The notes under the pieces were generated by a model. The model worked only from the letters and a program-made list of their open reading frames with translations, was not told the DNA's origin and ran no database searches. A DNA stretch of 64,000 bases from an uncultured Candidatus Thioglobus sp. Its GTDB lineage: Bacteria; Pseudomonadota; Gammaproteobacteria; PS1; Pseudothioglobaceae. The DNA is taken from positions 5,739 through 69,738 of the forward strand of contig CAYFPI010000002.1 of assembly GCA_964344985.1 (NCBI GenBank), in the 5' to 3' direction. This document shows positions 48,050 through 57,841 of this stretch, piece after piece (the first letter of the stretch is position 1; the number at the start of each line of letters is the position of its first letter). A program made the position numbers and the translations under genes.

Positions 48050-48461
48050 TGTGACAAAAATGGCCACTATCAGGCTCCTCTACACTTCTAGCAATATTAT
48101 CTACAAACTCTTGCAATTCATCAAATTCTAACACAGTTAAAATTCGAGTAACCACATCAGGAGCAACTCTTAATGTACACATCGATCCATCTTTGAGCTT
48201 AACCTCCATGCCAGCAGCATTTATCATCAAACTATCATCTGTTTGCTCTAACAATTGCTCTAACTCATCTTGAAGTTTGTCATACAAATCTTGTAGTTCG
48301 TCTAATATCGGCTGAGAAGTATCATCATCAATGGAGATAATTTCACCCTGAACTGAACCAAATCCTTCATCATCTTCGCATTCAAACTCTATTCCCACCT
48401 TTGTTAAGTGGTCTTTAAATTTGTCTGAGAGCTTTGAGTTGAAAAATATATAATCTAGCAT
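48042..48461 (-). CDS. acidic hypothetical protein
   Basis: 139 aa, Asp/Glu-rich. I recognise no family. Confidence 0.5.
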   Translation of the reverse strand: MLDYIFFNSKLSDKFKDHLTKVGIEFECEDDEGFGSVQGEIISIDDDTSQPILDELQDLYDKLQDELEQLLEQTDDSLMINAAGMEVKLKDGSMCTLRVAPDVVTRILTVLEFDELQEFVDNIARSVEEPDSGHFCHNK

Positions 48462-48491
48462 TGTTATATCAAATTTTTTAAGGATATTTTA

Positions 48492-49073
48492 ATGCTAGAT
48501 CAAGATGCTTTAAACACTTTATTTGTTAACGCTAGAAGTCATAATGGTTGGCTTGACTCAAGCGTATCAGATGAACAACTTCATCAAATTTATGAACTTA
48601 TGAAATTTGGGCCAACAGCGGCTAATAACTGCCCAGCTCGTATTACCTTTGTAAAGTCAGATAGTGGCAAACAAAAATTAAAAAAACACCTTGATGAAGG
48701 CAATGTAGATAAAGCCATGAGTGCACCTGTAGTGGCTATTATTAGCTATGACACTGAGTTTTATGAAAAACTACCATTTTTATTTCCACATACTGATGCA
48801 AGAAGTTGGTACGCTGGCAATCCAGCAAAAATTAAATCAGCTGGTGAGATGAATGCCACTTTGCAAGGCGCCTACTTTATGTTGGCAGCACGCTCAGTTG
48901 GACTAGATTGTGGTCCAATGGGTGGATTCAATAATCAAACACTGGATGAAGATTTTTTTGCAAATGACAAAACAAAATCAATCTTTATTTGCGCATTAGG
49001 ACAAGGTGACGAATCCAAAATCTATCCGCGCGGACCGCGCCTAAGTTTTGATGAAGCGTGTGAGATTGTTTAA
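48492..49073 (+). CDS. nitroreductase-family protein (RutE / malonic semialdehyde reductase-like)
   Basis: 193 aa with N-terminal LFVNARSHNGWLD...GPTAANNCP, typical of the RutE-like subfamily. Confidence 0.7.
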   Translation: MLDQDALNTLFVNARSHNGWLDSSVSDEQLHQIYELMKFGPTAANNCPARITFVKSDSGKQKLKKHLDEGNVDKAMSAPVVAIISYDTEFYEKLPFLFPHTDARSWYAGNPAKIKSAGEMNATLQGAYFMLAARSVGLDCGPMGGFNNQTLDEDFFANDKTKSIFICALGQGDESKIYPRGPRLSFDEACEIV

Positions 49074-49132
49074 AATTTAGAAAATAATAACAATAAAACT
49101 AAAAATCACCTTTTGGTATTAAATTAAGCAAT

Positions 49133-49159
49133 AAAAATGCCGTTAAAACGGCATTTTTT
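49133..49159. terminator. bidirectional hairpin terminator (ATGCCGTT-AA-AACGGCAT) with A5 and T6 flanks
   Basis: It lies between convergent genes. Confidence 0.7.
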
Positions 49160-49227
49160 GCTATTTTTTAAACCCTTAAATCAATCAATTTTGAAAATTT
49201 AGCAAATTTTCAAAATGAGTAAAAATG

Positions 49228-49464
49228 CTAATCTTTTTCAGCTTTTTGCTCTTCTGTTCTTGGTGGGCAACCATTATGCTTAAGCCATAAGTCTTCATGA
49301 CCAATTGCTTTAGCAAAAGCTGGAATTTCACACTCCTGTGCTGTTTTTTCTACTACGTCTGATGCTTTAGCATCTTTATCATCATCACCCAATCCAAAAA
49401 CAGCAAATGCACCCAGTGCAATTAATGTCCACGATATGGCAAATAAGTATCTAATTCCTTTCAT
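49228..49464 (-). CDS. small membrane-anchored protein, unknown function
   Basis: 78 aa with one N-terminal TM helix. It is the last gene of the DUF4395 / MBL / cytochrome string. Confidence 0.5.
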   Translation of the reverse strand: MKGIRYLFAISWTLIALGAFAVFGLGDDDKDAKASDVVEKTAQECEIPAFAKAIGHEDLWLKHNGCPPRTEEQKAEKD

Positions 49465-49503
49465 GTTTTCTCCATTTTTATTACAAAAAAAATAATTATT
49501 AGT

Positions 49504-49899
49504 CTACTTTAATGCAGCATGGCACGCAAGACAATTTCTCATTAACTTAGCCGTAAACTCTGTAAGGTCTACAATATCATCTTTATCGTTTAAGTCCATC
49601 TCTTCTGCATTAATAATTAGCTCTTCAAACATCATATGAGTTGGGCCACCAATTTGTTCAAAAGATACTGGGGGTTTTATCTTTAACTGATTGGGGTGTT
49701 GCTCTTGCCATTCTATTGCCTGAATAACGTGCTGCATTGATAATCATATCTTTATCTTTTGTAGCAATGCCTGTCATAATTTGCTGAATAGTTGTTAGCA
49801 TTTGTCTCATTTCAGCAAGAAACTCTTTACCTCGATCTCTTCGGCAGCAATAGTGCTACTTATGAATAGCGATAGCGACAATAAAAAAGCTCTATTCAT
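49504..49899 (-). pseudogene. class II (c-prime/c556-like) cytochrome c gene disrupted by two single-nt frameshifts
   Basis: Frame A reads MNRAFLLSLSLFISSTIAAEEIEVKSFLLK*. Frame B reads ...KEFLAEMRQMLTTIQQIMTGIATKDKDMIINAARYSGNRMARATPQSVKDKTPSIF*. Frame C reads ...PVSFEQIGGPTHMMFEEL...LMRNCLACHAALK*. The shifts fall at an A3 run (49826-49828) and a C5 run (49670-49674). Confidence 0.7.
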
Positions 49900-49919
49900 T
49901 CCCCTTTCCCCTCTTTTTT

Positions 49920-50831
49920 TTAATAATCAAATTCCATTTTTTCAAACACCCACTGTGCATTTTTGCCTGCAATATCTTTGTATCCACTTAAAAAATGAAA
50001 CTCTGATTGGTCAATTTTACTCGCTTCTAACATGTCACCATCATTTTCTAAAATTTTGGAAATTTCTTTATTTAAGAAAATCAAATATGATTGGGTATTT
50101 TTAGTGGCAGTGGCAAGATCAGAAGCTTTTCCATGGCCTGGTACAATATATTTTGGCTTAAATTCTGCCATCTTTTCAAATACATTAATCCAGCTTTGAG
50201 AATCTTTAGCCGGGCCAATACCCAACATTCTGTCATTAAATACCACATCACCTGCAAACATAACTTCTTCACTCAGCATCCAAGCAACAATATCACCTAC
50301 GGTATGTGCTTCGCCAAAGTGATACAACTCTAAGCTTATGCCACCCAATTCAAGCTGCATTTTTTCATCAAATGTTTCAGTTGCAAAAACAGGATTAGTA
50401 CCATTTAGACTATCACCTAAAAATCCACCAAGTCTATTTAAGTGATAATCTGCCCTAGCTTGTTGATCGGCTTTGGTTTTGCTTGACGAGATAATTCTAG
50501 CACCTAGTTTTTGAAAATAATCATTGCCCAACCATCGGTGGTCTTGACCACCTGTGTTGATAACGATTTTTATAGGCTTATCAGTTAATGTTTGAACAGA
50601 CTCATGAATCTCTTTTGCGCCCAAAAGACTTGCACCTGAATCAATAATCACTACGCCATCATCAGTAATCACAACACCGTGCGTTGAATTATTACCAAAA
50701 TTGGTTGCAGATCTTTGAGTGGTTTCGCCCACTAAAGCGTAAACATTGTTGGTAACTTTTTGCACTTCTAAAGCAGCTTGTGCTGAAAAAACACTGGTCA
50801 TTAAAGTTAAAAACATTGCCACTTTACTCAT
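49920..50831 (-). CDS. periplasmic MBL-fold protein with a degenerate metal motif
   Basis: 303 aa with the signal peptide MSKVAMFLTLMTSVFSAQA. INTGGQDHRWLGN sits where HxHxDH is expected. The downstream HFGEAHTVGD and VPGHG elements are retained. Confidence 0.65.
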   Translation of the reverse strand: MSKVAMFLTLMTSVFSAQAALEVQKVTNNVYALVGETTQRSATNFGNNSTHGVVITDDGVVIIDSGASLLGAKEIHESVQTLTDKPIKIVINTGGQDHRWLGNDYFQKLGARIISSSKTKADQQARADYHLNRLGGFLGDSLNGTNPVFATETFDEKMQLELGGISLELYHFGEAHTVGDIVAWMLSEEVMFAGDVVFNDRMLGIGPAKDSQSWINVFEKMAEFKPKYIVPGHGKASDLATATKNTQSYLIFLNKEISKILENDGDMLEASKIDQSEFHFLSGYKDIAGKNAQWVFEKMEFDY

Positions 50832-50832
50832 C

Positions 50833-51453
50833 TTATTCTCCTAAAAATAAAAACCTAATAATATCACCAAAGGCCAAATAAAAAAGTATCAGCATTGATA
50901 AAGAAAAAATGGCTTTTTGCATGAAGTTTAAATTCTGAATACTGTCCCTGCCCCTAGTTAGGTCGCAAGCTTCACCTGGACAATGTTTAACTTTTTGCGT
51001 GTGAAATAAATTATAAATTTTACAACCTGCGCAAATACCGAATACCGCCTCAAAAAACAACAAACCCAAACATAATGCACAAGTAAGAATATTAATCGGT
51101 CCGCGAATTTCATTTAGAACAACCAAATAAAACATAATGGCGGCCAAAGTAAAACCAATGCCCCATGCCCATCTTTTGGGTTTGGCGTCGGTATATTCTG
51201 GTTTTTGATTATTAACCATCCAACGCCCCACTACCATTGATGGTGCATATTTAGGGTTGATAAAAATCCTAATAAAAAAATCAAACAAGAAAACCGACAC
51301 CATAAGCTTCGTTGGCTCGTTATTGCCAGTTAAAAAACCGTTCATAAACGCCATAAAGGCAAAGAAAAATACGATACCAGCTGCCGCTCTTACCTCACGC
51401 TCATTGAACATAGGTTCGTCATAACCTGCTACTTTTTCACCAAAGCTAAACAT
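50833..51453 (-). CDS. DUF4395-like integral membrane protein with an extra C-terminal Cys-rich segment and TM helix
   Basis: 206 aa. FNEREVRAAAG, KPKRWAWGIGF and FGICAGCKIYNLF resemble DUF4395 as I recall it. Confidence 0.5.
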   Translation of the reverse strand: MFSFGEKVAGYDEPMFNEREVRAAAGIVFFFAFMAFMNGFLTGNNEPTKLMVSVFLFDFFIRIFINPKYAPSMVVGRWMVNNQKPEYTDAKPKRWAWGIGFTLAAIMFYLVVLNEIRGPINILTCALCLGLLFFEAVFGICAGCKIYNLFHTQKVKHCPGEACDLTRGRDSIQNLNFMQKAIFSLSMLILFYLAFGDIIRFLFLGE

Positions 51454-51492
51454 TATTAAAAAGTATATTATTCATAATTTAGATTCTTGATT

Positions 51493-51825
51493 TTAATAGT
51501 AGTCTTGCTCTTTCTGATGACGTACAGCAAGAATAGTTACTATATCATTATTTTCAATCTCAAATAGTGCAACATGGCCACTTGAGCCAAACGGAATGAT
51601 AATTTCTCGTAAAAATACATTATTTGTATCAACCTTTCTGCAAGAGAAGGGGAAGTCTTGTAGAAATTCTAAACTTTTTCTAATGGCAATGTAAGCGCGC
51701 CTTGCAGTAGATATATCTTGATCAAGTAAGAATTGATATAGTACTTTTATATCCTCTCTGGCACTCTTGATATATCTAACATTAAAACTTATTATTTCAT
51801 TGTTATGAATTTTGACTACTATCAA
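51493..51825 (-). CDS. ParE/RelE-family type II toxin
   Basis: The C-terminal half REIIIPFGSSGHVALFEIENNDIVTILAVRHQKEQDY is typical of ParE. The only start available in frame is the TTG at 51825. Confidence 0.7.
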   Translation of the reverse strand: MIVVKIHNNEIISFNVRYIKSAREDIKVLYQFLLDQDISTARRAYIAIRKSLEFLQDFPFSCRKVDTNNVFLREIIIPFGSSGHVALFEIENNDIVTILAVRHQKEQDYY

Positions 51826-52066
51826 GCATATTTTTTAATTCGCTTAACACTTCTTTGGCATCATAATATTCATCATTTACCACAGCCTCCTCACGAGAGA
51901 TCAATCCTTTGGTAATAAAATCTTGTTTTAACTATCGACTTTTAACACCTTGACGAAGTGACTCAATAACAAAACTAGATAGAGTTTCATTCTCTTGTAG
52001 AATATTTTCTACAGAATGACGCAATTCAGTCTCAACCCTTAAAGCAGGAATGGTTGCTGTTTTCAT
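51803..52066 (-). pseudogene. RHH-type antitoxin reading frame interrupted by an in-frame TAG
   Basis: AAGGAGG precedes the ATG at 52064-52066. The frame reads MKTATIPALRVETELRHSVENILQENETLSSFVIESLRQGVKSR-TAG(51932-51934)-LKQDFITKGLISREEAVVNDEYYDAKEVLSELKNMLDSSQNS*. It overlaps the toxin start. Confidence 0.65.
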
Positions 52067-52134
52067 TACGCCTCCTTAATAATGCATTACATTTGCAATT
52101 CATTATACATAGGCTTAACACTGGGCAAGTGTTT

Positions 52135-53319
52135 TTAAACCACTTGCCCTGCCGCCCATCCTGATGACCAGGCCCATTGGAAATTATATCCACCTAGCCA
52201 GCCAGTTACGTCAACTGTTTCACCAATAAAGTACAGTCCTGGTTGTTTGTTTGATTCCATGGTTTTAGAGGATAGTTCATTAGTATCTACACCGCCCGTA
52301 CACACCTCTGCAGTGCGCAATCCTTCGGTGCCACTTGGAGTTAATAGCCAATTGTTCAAAGCCTGGCCAAACTCTTTTAAATCGGCTTGTTTAATTTCAC
52401 CCAATATTTTTTCAGACAAATCCGTTGCTATTAAAACTTGAGAAAATCGAAACGCTAAGCGCTTAGAAAAGTACTCATTAAGAATGGTTTTAAGTGCTGT
52501 TGTACCTTTATTTTGCTGTGTAGTTAATAGCAACTCTGTTGCATCAACCCCTGGCAAAAGATTAATTGATATTTGATCATTTTTTTTCCAATAAGAGGAA
52601 ATTTGCAAAACTGCAGGACCGCTAATACCCCGATGAGTAATGAGTATCATTTCTTTAAAGCTTTGATTATTGCAGCTTATTTCTGCCTCTAATGACAAGC
52701 CAGATAAATCTTTAAAATATCTATCAATGTCTGATTGCAGGAAAGTAAAAGGTACTAATGCAGGTCTAAAAGGAATTGACTTAAGTCCAAACTGTTTGGC
52801 AACTTGCAGACCAAAATCTGTAGCCCCCATTTTAGGAATGCTTGGTCCACCTGTGGCAATAACCAAAGAATCAGCTTGAAACTTTCCTTGGCTTGATCCA
52901 ACTGTATAACCTTGATCAAATTTAATTTGATCAATCTCAACATTAAACAACATATCTACCCCACCACAATCGTCCAATAACATCTTAAGAACGGCAGGAG
53001 ATTTTTGATCACAAAACAACTGACCTAGTGTTTTCTCACTCCAACTCAGTTGATGAGATTCAAGCTTAACAATAAAATCCCATTGTGTATAGCGTGATAA
53101 GGCTGATTTGCAAAAATGTGGATTGTTTGACAGATAGGCTTCTGAGTCAACAAAAAGATTGGTAAAGTTACAACGACCACCACCAGAGATAAGAATTTTT
53201 TTTCCAGCTTTATTGGCTTTGTCTAAGATTAATACATTTCGCCCGCACCTATTAGCTTCAATAGCACACATTAGCCCCGCTGCGCCTGCACCAATAATGA
53301 TAACGTCGTAAATTTTCAA
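52135..53319 (-). CDS. yhiN: HI0933/YhiN-family FAD-dependent oxidoreductase
   Basis: 394 aa with YDVIIIGAGAAGLMCA and the GGGRCNFTN motif. Confidence 0.8.
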   Translation of the reverse strand: MKIYDVIIIGAGAAGLMCAIEANRCGRNVLILDKANKAGKKILISGGGRCNFTNLFVDSEAYLSNNPHFCKSALSRYTQWDFIVKLESHQLSWSEKTLGQLFCDQKSPAVLKMLLDDCGGVDMLFNVEIDQIKFDQGYTVGSSQGKFQADSLVIATGGPSIPKMGATDFGLQVAKQFGLKSIPFRPALVPFTFLQSDIDRYFKDLSGLSLEAEISCNNQSFKEMILITHRGISGPAVLQISSYWKKNDQISINLLPGVDATELLLTTQQNKGTTALKTILNEYFSKRLAFRFSQVLIATDLSEKILGEIKQADLKEFGQALNNWLLTPSGTEGLRTAEVCTGGVDTNELSSKTMESNKQPGLYFIGETVDVTGWLGGYNFQWAWSSGWAAGQVV

Positions 53320-54560
53320 AGCAAATCTTTAATGGTATTAACAACTGATGGAGAATCCCACTCTAGAGCGCCACGATAGCCGTGGCGAATCACTCCGTTT
53401 TTATCCAATAAAAAATTAGATGGGTAAGCATATACACCCCAATCTTTAACTGCCTCTCCAGAGGTGTCTAGTAGAGTCAACAAATCAAAGTTAACTTTTT
53501 TCTTAAACTCTGTAATTTCACCAATAGACTCACCAACATTAACTGTGATAATCTCAAACTCATCTTTGCTGAATTTTTCACTCAACCTAACCAAAGACGG
53601 GATTTCTTTCACACAAGGCTTGCACCAACTTGCCCAAAAATTAACAAGCACCACTTTGTTTTTAAAATCTGTAATTGATATTTTTTGCCCACTCAAATTA
53701 TCCAGCTTAAGCTCAATATTGTGCCTACCTCTATATGGTGCAAGCTTAGGCTCACTAATTGCATGACTAACCCTAGACTCTCTACATTTTGACTGTGTTA
53801 ATAATAAAGGCGGGTCAATGGTTGATAGTAATTTAGAGGCCTGAATATAAATATTATCAAGATTATCTCTCGCCACCATATCGGCTTTTAATAAATCGCT
53901 CTCATTACGCATGTGAAATCCACCACGCACACCCTTAAGCTTGTGAACAAACACAGAGCTACCACCAGTTTCTAACGTATCTGTAATTTCTTGTATACGG
54001 AAATATTTAGTTCCATATTGTGGCATTAATAGATAAATAGGCAGGTTGCTAGATTTGGCAATATCTACATAATCAGCTTTATCTCCCAATCTTGGCTTGC
54101 CTTGAATTAAATGTGGCGAATGGAAAATATGGCCTTTTAAATAATCAGAATCTGGGTATTCTAGTTGCCACCTACGTGCCACCTTTAAAGCTAGTTGGGC
54201 GCCTCTGCCCGAGGTGATAAAAAATAGCTTTTTAAACCCTTGTTGCTTTGTAAAATAAACCAACTCCACCAAGTCATCAACATCAAACTTATCAATACTG
54301 CTGCGATGTTTTGGCACCATGTAGCTTGAGTGTAAATCAAGCGCCCAAACATCATAACCAGAAAAAGCCAGCTGTTGTGCTGTTGGGATGTATCCCTTGC
54401 CAAATCCGCGCTCCGATGGAAGGTATAAATATAGTGTTTCGCCATCAGATTTAAATGTATCGATACTGATAACTTCGTTTGAAATTAACTCAACCTCTAT
54501 TTTCTCACTGGCAAAAATAGCCGACGAAAACAAAATAAAAGCTAAAAACAATCGCTGCAT
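53316..54560 (-). CDS. secreted fusion protein: unknown N-domain (homolog of 42311..43063) + TlpA-like thioredoxin domain (homolog of 43060..43572)
   Basis: 414 aa with the signal peptide MQRLFLAFILFSSAIFA. The C-terminal domain carries FWASWCKPCVKEIPS. It is colinear with the two separate genes at 42311..43572. Confidence 0.75.
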   Translation of the reverse strand: MQRLFLAFILFSSAIFASEKIEVELISNEVISIDTFKSDGETLYLYLPSERGFGKGYIPTAQQLAFSGYDVWALDLHSSYMVPKHRSSIDKFDVDDLVELVYFTKQQGFKKLFFITSGRGAQLALKVARRWQLEYPDSDYLKGHIFHSPHLIQGKPRLGDKADYVDIAKSSNLPIYLLMPQYGTKYFRIQEITDTLETGGSSVFVHKLKGVRGGFHMRNESDLLKADMVARDNLDNIYIQASKLLSTIDPPLLLTQSKCRESRVSHAISEPKLAPYRGRHNIELKLDNLSGQKISITDFKNKVVLVNFWASWCKPCVKEIPSLVRLSEKFSKDEFEIITVNVGESIGEITEFKKKVNFDLLTLLDTSGEAVKDWGVYAYPSNFLLDKNGVIRHGYRGALEWDSPSVVNTIKDLL

Positions 54561-54838
54561 TAGTTGTTGTATTCTTCTTTATACCCACTTGATGGGTACA
54601 TCTCTAAAATATAATACAAAATTACACCTTCGGAAGAGCGTGATGGGCCTAGCACTTTTGCAGCATACAAATGATTTTCAGGATCTGATTTTTCAATAGC
54701 CTGCTCCATGCTCTCAACAACTTCAACATTGTTGGCAGGTACACGTTCGCGCTTAATGCGAGGAATTCTTACAATTGCAAATTCTTCCTTAACAACTTTG
54801 ATGCTAGGATGAGGATCTAATGCATAGCCATTAACCAT
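54560..54838 (-). CDS. hypothetical protein coupled to the fusion gene
   Basis: 92 aa. Its stop overlaps the fusion-gene start (TAATG). I recognise no family. Confidence 0.5.
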   Translation of the reverse strand: MVNGYALDPHPSIKVVKEEFAIVRIPRIKRERVPANNVEVVESMEQAIEKSDPENHLYAAKVLGPSRSSEGVILYYILEMYPSSGYKEEYNN

Positions 54839-54847
54839 AATTGTAAA

Positions 54848-55150
54848 TTAAGGCAGTACCTTTTTAAATGGCTTGACAACTACACTTTTGTAAGCACCTG
54901 AGGCCATATAAGGGTCAGCATCAGCCCATGTCTGTGCATCCTCAAGACAGTCAAACTCTGCCACAACTAATGAGCCAGTAAAGCCTGCCTCACCAGGTTC
55001 GTTATTATCAATTGCAGGATGAGGCCCTGCTAAGATCAATCGACCTTCGTTTTTTAAATTATTTAAACGCTCAATATGTGCAGGACGCACCGACATTCTT
55101 TTCTCTAATGAATCCTCTACATCTTGAGAGATAATTGCATACAACATCAA
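54848..55150 (-). CDS. yciI: YciI-family protein
   Basis: 100 aa with RPAHIERL...GRLILAGP...DPY, typical of YciI. Confidence 0.8.
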   Translation of the reverse strand: MMLYAIISQDVEDSLEKRMSVRPAHIERLNNLKNEGRLILAGPHPAIDNNEPGEAGFTGSLVVAEFDCLEDAQTWADADPYMASGAYKSVVVKPFKKVLP

Positions 55151-55157
55151 GTACTCC

Positions 55158-55892
<735 letters not shown>

Positions 55893-55926
55893 TTATTCAC
55901 TCTAGTAATTAAAGATTGAGCCTCAA

Positions 55927-56760
55927 CTATTCTTGTTTAACCTTTAAATATACTGGATATTTATAGTTACCTTTATTAGTGAAGCCATAATATTTAAACG
56001 TAATTTTACTACCAATAGATGGTGGGTTTTCTCTGTCTTTATCCTTAAACCCAGATCCAACTCTTAATTGCTTGCCACTTTCCGTCTGACAAAGCACCGA
56101 ACCCATTTTTCCAAGATACTTACCCTTTCCTGGCAATATCTCCAACACTGTGCACTCAGTATCAAAATACTTTTTAACTTTAAGCGCAGAAGATAATCTG
56201 CCCGTCTCATACAGAGTGTTTGGATTACGTACCACTACGCCCTCACCCTTTTGAGCAACAACCTCTGCAAGATAATCTTGAAGTTGGCTTTTATCTTTTA
56301 TTAATGTTTGCTTAAGAATTTTTAGATTGGGTACTGGCTTTTTAGCCAGATAATTTTCTAAAACTGACAATCTATCGAACAAGTTGCCTGTCTGATTTGG
56401 TACTTCAAAAATATTATGCGTTATATTTTTCCAGCGATCATCAGGATTTTGACTACGAACAATTGAGCTGATTGTCTCAAAATCATCTCTTTTGGTCCAA
56501 AGCTCACCATCTACAGCAAATGGCGGATAATCTTTTATAAACCACGCTGGCGCCTGAATAGTGTTCCCACCTCGACTAATTAACTCCGACCCTGTCCAAA
56601 AACCTCGAATGCCATCAAGTTTTTCGCTCATTACCCAACCAGCAACTTCTTTGCTATCGTCATAGGTTTTGAGTAAAAATAAATCTGGCTGATTTTTGGC
56701 AAAAACTGTTTGAGAAAATAGTAGAAAAATTAAAACTAATTTAACACCAATTCTCAACAC
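55927..56760 (-). CDS. minimal ATP-dependent DNA ligase with an N-terminal signal peptide (Lig E-like)
   Basis: 277 aa. It has a hydrophobic leader LVLIFLLFSQTVFA, the adenylation motif I SEKLDGIR, and an OB-domain tail. The start is GTG or TTG. Confidence 0.75.
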   Translation of the reverse strand: MLRIGVKLVLIFLLFSQTVFAKNQPDLFLLKTYDDSKEVAGWVMSEKLDGIRGFWTGSELISRGGNTIQAPAWFIKDYPPFAVDGELWTKRDDFETISSIVRSQNPDDRWKNITHNIFEVPNQTGNLFDRLSVLENYLAKKPVPNLKILKQTLIKDKSQLQDYLAEVVAQKGEGVVVRNPNTLYETGRLSSALKVKKYFDTECTVLEILPGKGKYLGKMGSVLCQTESGKQLRVGSGFKDKDRENPPSIGSKITFKYYGFTNKGNYKYPVYLKVKQE

Positions 56761-56767
56761 AATCAGA

Positions 56768-57601
56768 TTATAAGCTGTCTTCTAAAAAGCCATTCTGCTT
56801 AGTAATATTATCAATATCTTGCAAGGCTTTTAACATATCTGCCATTTTATGAATTGGAATCATATTAGGACCATCACTGAGTGCATTTTCAGGATCAGGA
56901 TGTGTCTCCATGAAAAACCCTGACACACCAACTGCCGCTGCTGCTCTTGCTAATACTGGAACCATTTCTCTTTGACCGCCAGAAGTAAGGCCGTTGCCAC
57001 CTGGTTGCTGCACAGAATGTGTAGCATCAAATACCACTGGCTGACCCGTTGAGCGCATGGTGGATAGACCGCGCATATCTGACACCAAAGTGTTATAACC
57101 AAATGAAGTGCCACGATCACAAATGGTAATTTGTTGATTACCTACTTCAAAAGCCTTATCCACAACATTTTGCATATCCCAAGGCGCTTGAAACTGCCCT
57201 TTTTTAATATTAACTGGAATACCCTGTTTGCAAACATTTTGAATAAAGTTGGTCTGACGTACTAAAAATGCTGGTGTTTGCATCATATCAACCACATCTG
57301 CCACTTCATCTAGTGGTGTATCTTCATGCACATCAGTAAGCACGGGCAGGCCAATTTCGTCTTTTACTTTTTGCAAGATTCTCAAACCTTCTTCAATGCC
57401 CAGCCCTCTAAAACTACCTGTGCTAGAGCGATTAGCCTTGTCATAAGAAGATTTATAAATAAAATTAATGCCTAGTGCTTCAGTAACACTCTTTAGATGC
57501 TCTGCTGTGCCCAACGCTAGCTCTTCAGACTCAATCACACAAGGGCCTGCAATTAAGAAAAACGGCTGATCAATACCAACTTCAAAATCTAGTAATTTCA
57601 T
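56768..57601 (-). CDS. kdsA: 3-deoxy-8-phosphooctulonate (KDO8P) synthase
   Basis: 277 aa with [11 protein letters not shown] and [11 protein letters not shown] motifs. Confidence 0.9.
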   Translation of the reverse strand: MKLLDFEVGIDQPFFLIAGPCVIESEELALGTAEHLKSVTEALGINFIYKSSYDKANRSSTGSFRGLGIEEGLRILQKVKDEIGLPVLTDVHEDTPLDEVADVVDMMQTPAFLVRQTNFIQNVCKQGIPVNIKKGQFQAPWDMQNVVDKAFEVGNQQITICDRGTSFGYNTLVSDMRGLSTMRSTGQPVVFDATHSVQQPGGNGLTSGGQREMVPVLARAAAAVGVSGFFMETHPDPENALSDGPNMIPIHKMADMLKALQDIDNITKQNGFLEDSL

Positions 57602-57753
57602 AATGGTTAAAAAAAATATTAATAATTAATAAGGTTAATTATAAGAGACCTTTGTATTAAGTAGGGATGATTAGCAAAATTCAATTTTTTCCACAATTGG
57701 TAATCTTATTAAGCCCAGCTCTAGCAAGGCTAAGGTAGGGTTTAATAAATAAT

Positions 57754-57780
57754 CAAGTGGGTGAAAAGTGGATTATTTAT
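57754..57780. repeat. bipartite intergenic motif CAAGTGGGTGAAAA-N4-ATTATTTAT (copy B)
   Basis: It lies in the 240-nt kdsA/trpC divergent intergenic region and matches 48024..48049. Confidence 0.6.
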
Positions 57781-57841
57781 GATTATTCATATTTATACAA
57801 AGGACTCTACAAGTCAAAACAATTCATTAAAATACTAATTC

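Noticed and set aside
49670-49828. Programmed ribosomal frameshifting as the explanation for the three-frame cytochrome c gene
   Set aside because: Two shifts in opposite directions would be needed. No slippery heptamer, stimulatory structure or internal Shine-Dalgarno is visible. Pseudogenisation or homopolymer sequencing error is simpler.
49802-50104. 100-aa plus-strand ORF
   Set aside because: It overlaps the cytochrome pseudogene start and the 3' end of the MBL gene on the opposite strand. Its sequence is low-complexity and has no support.
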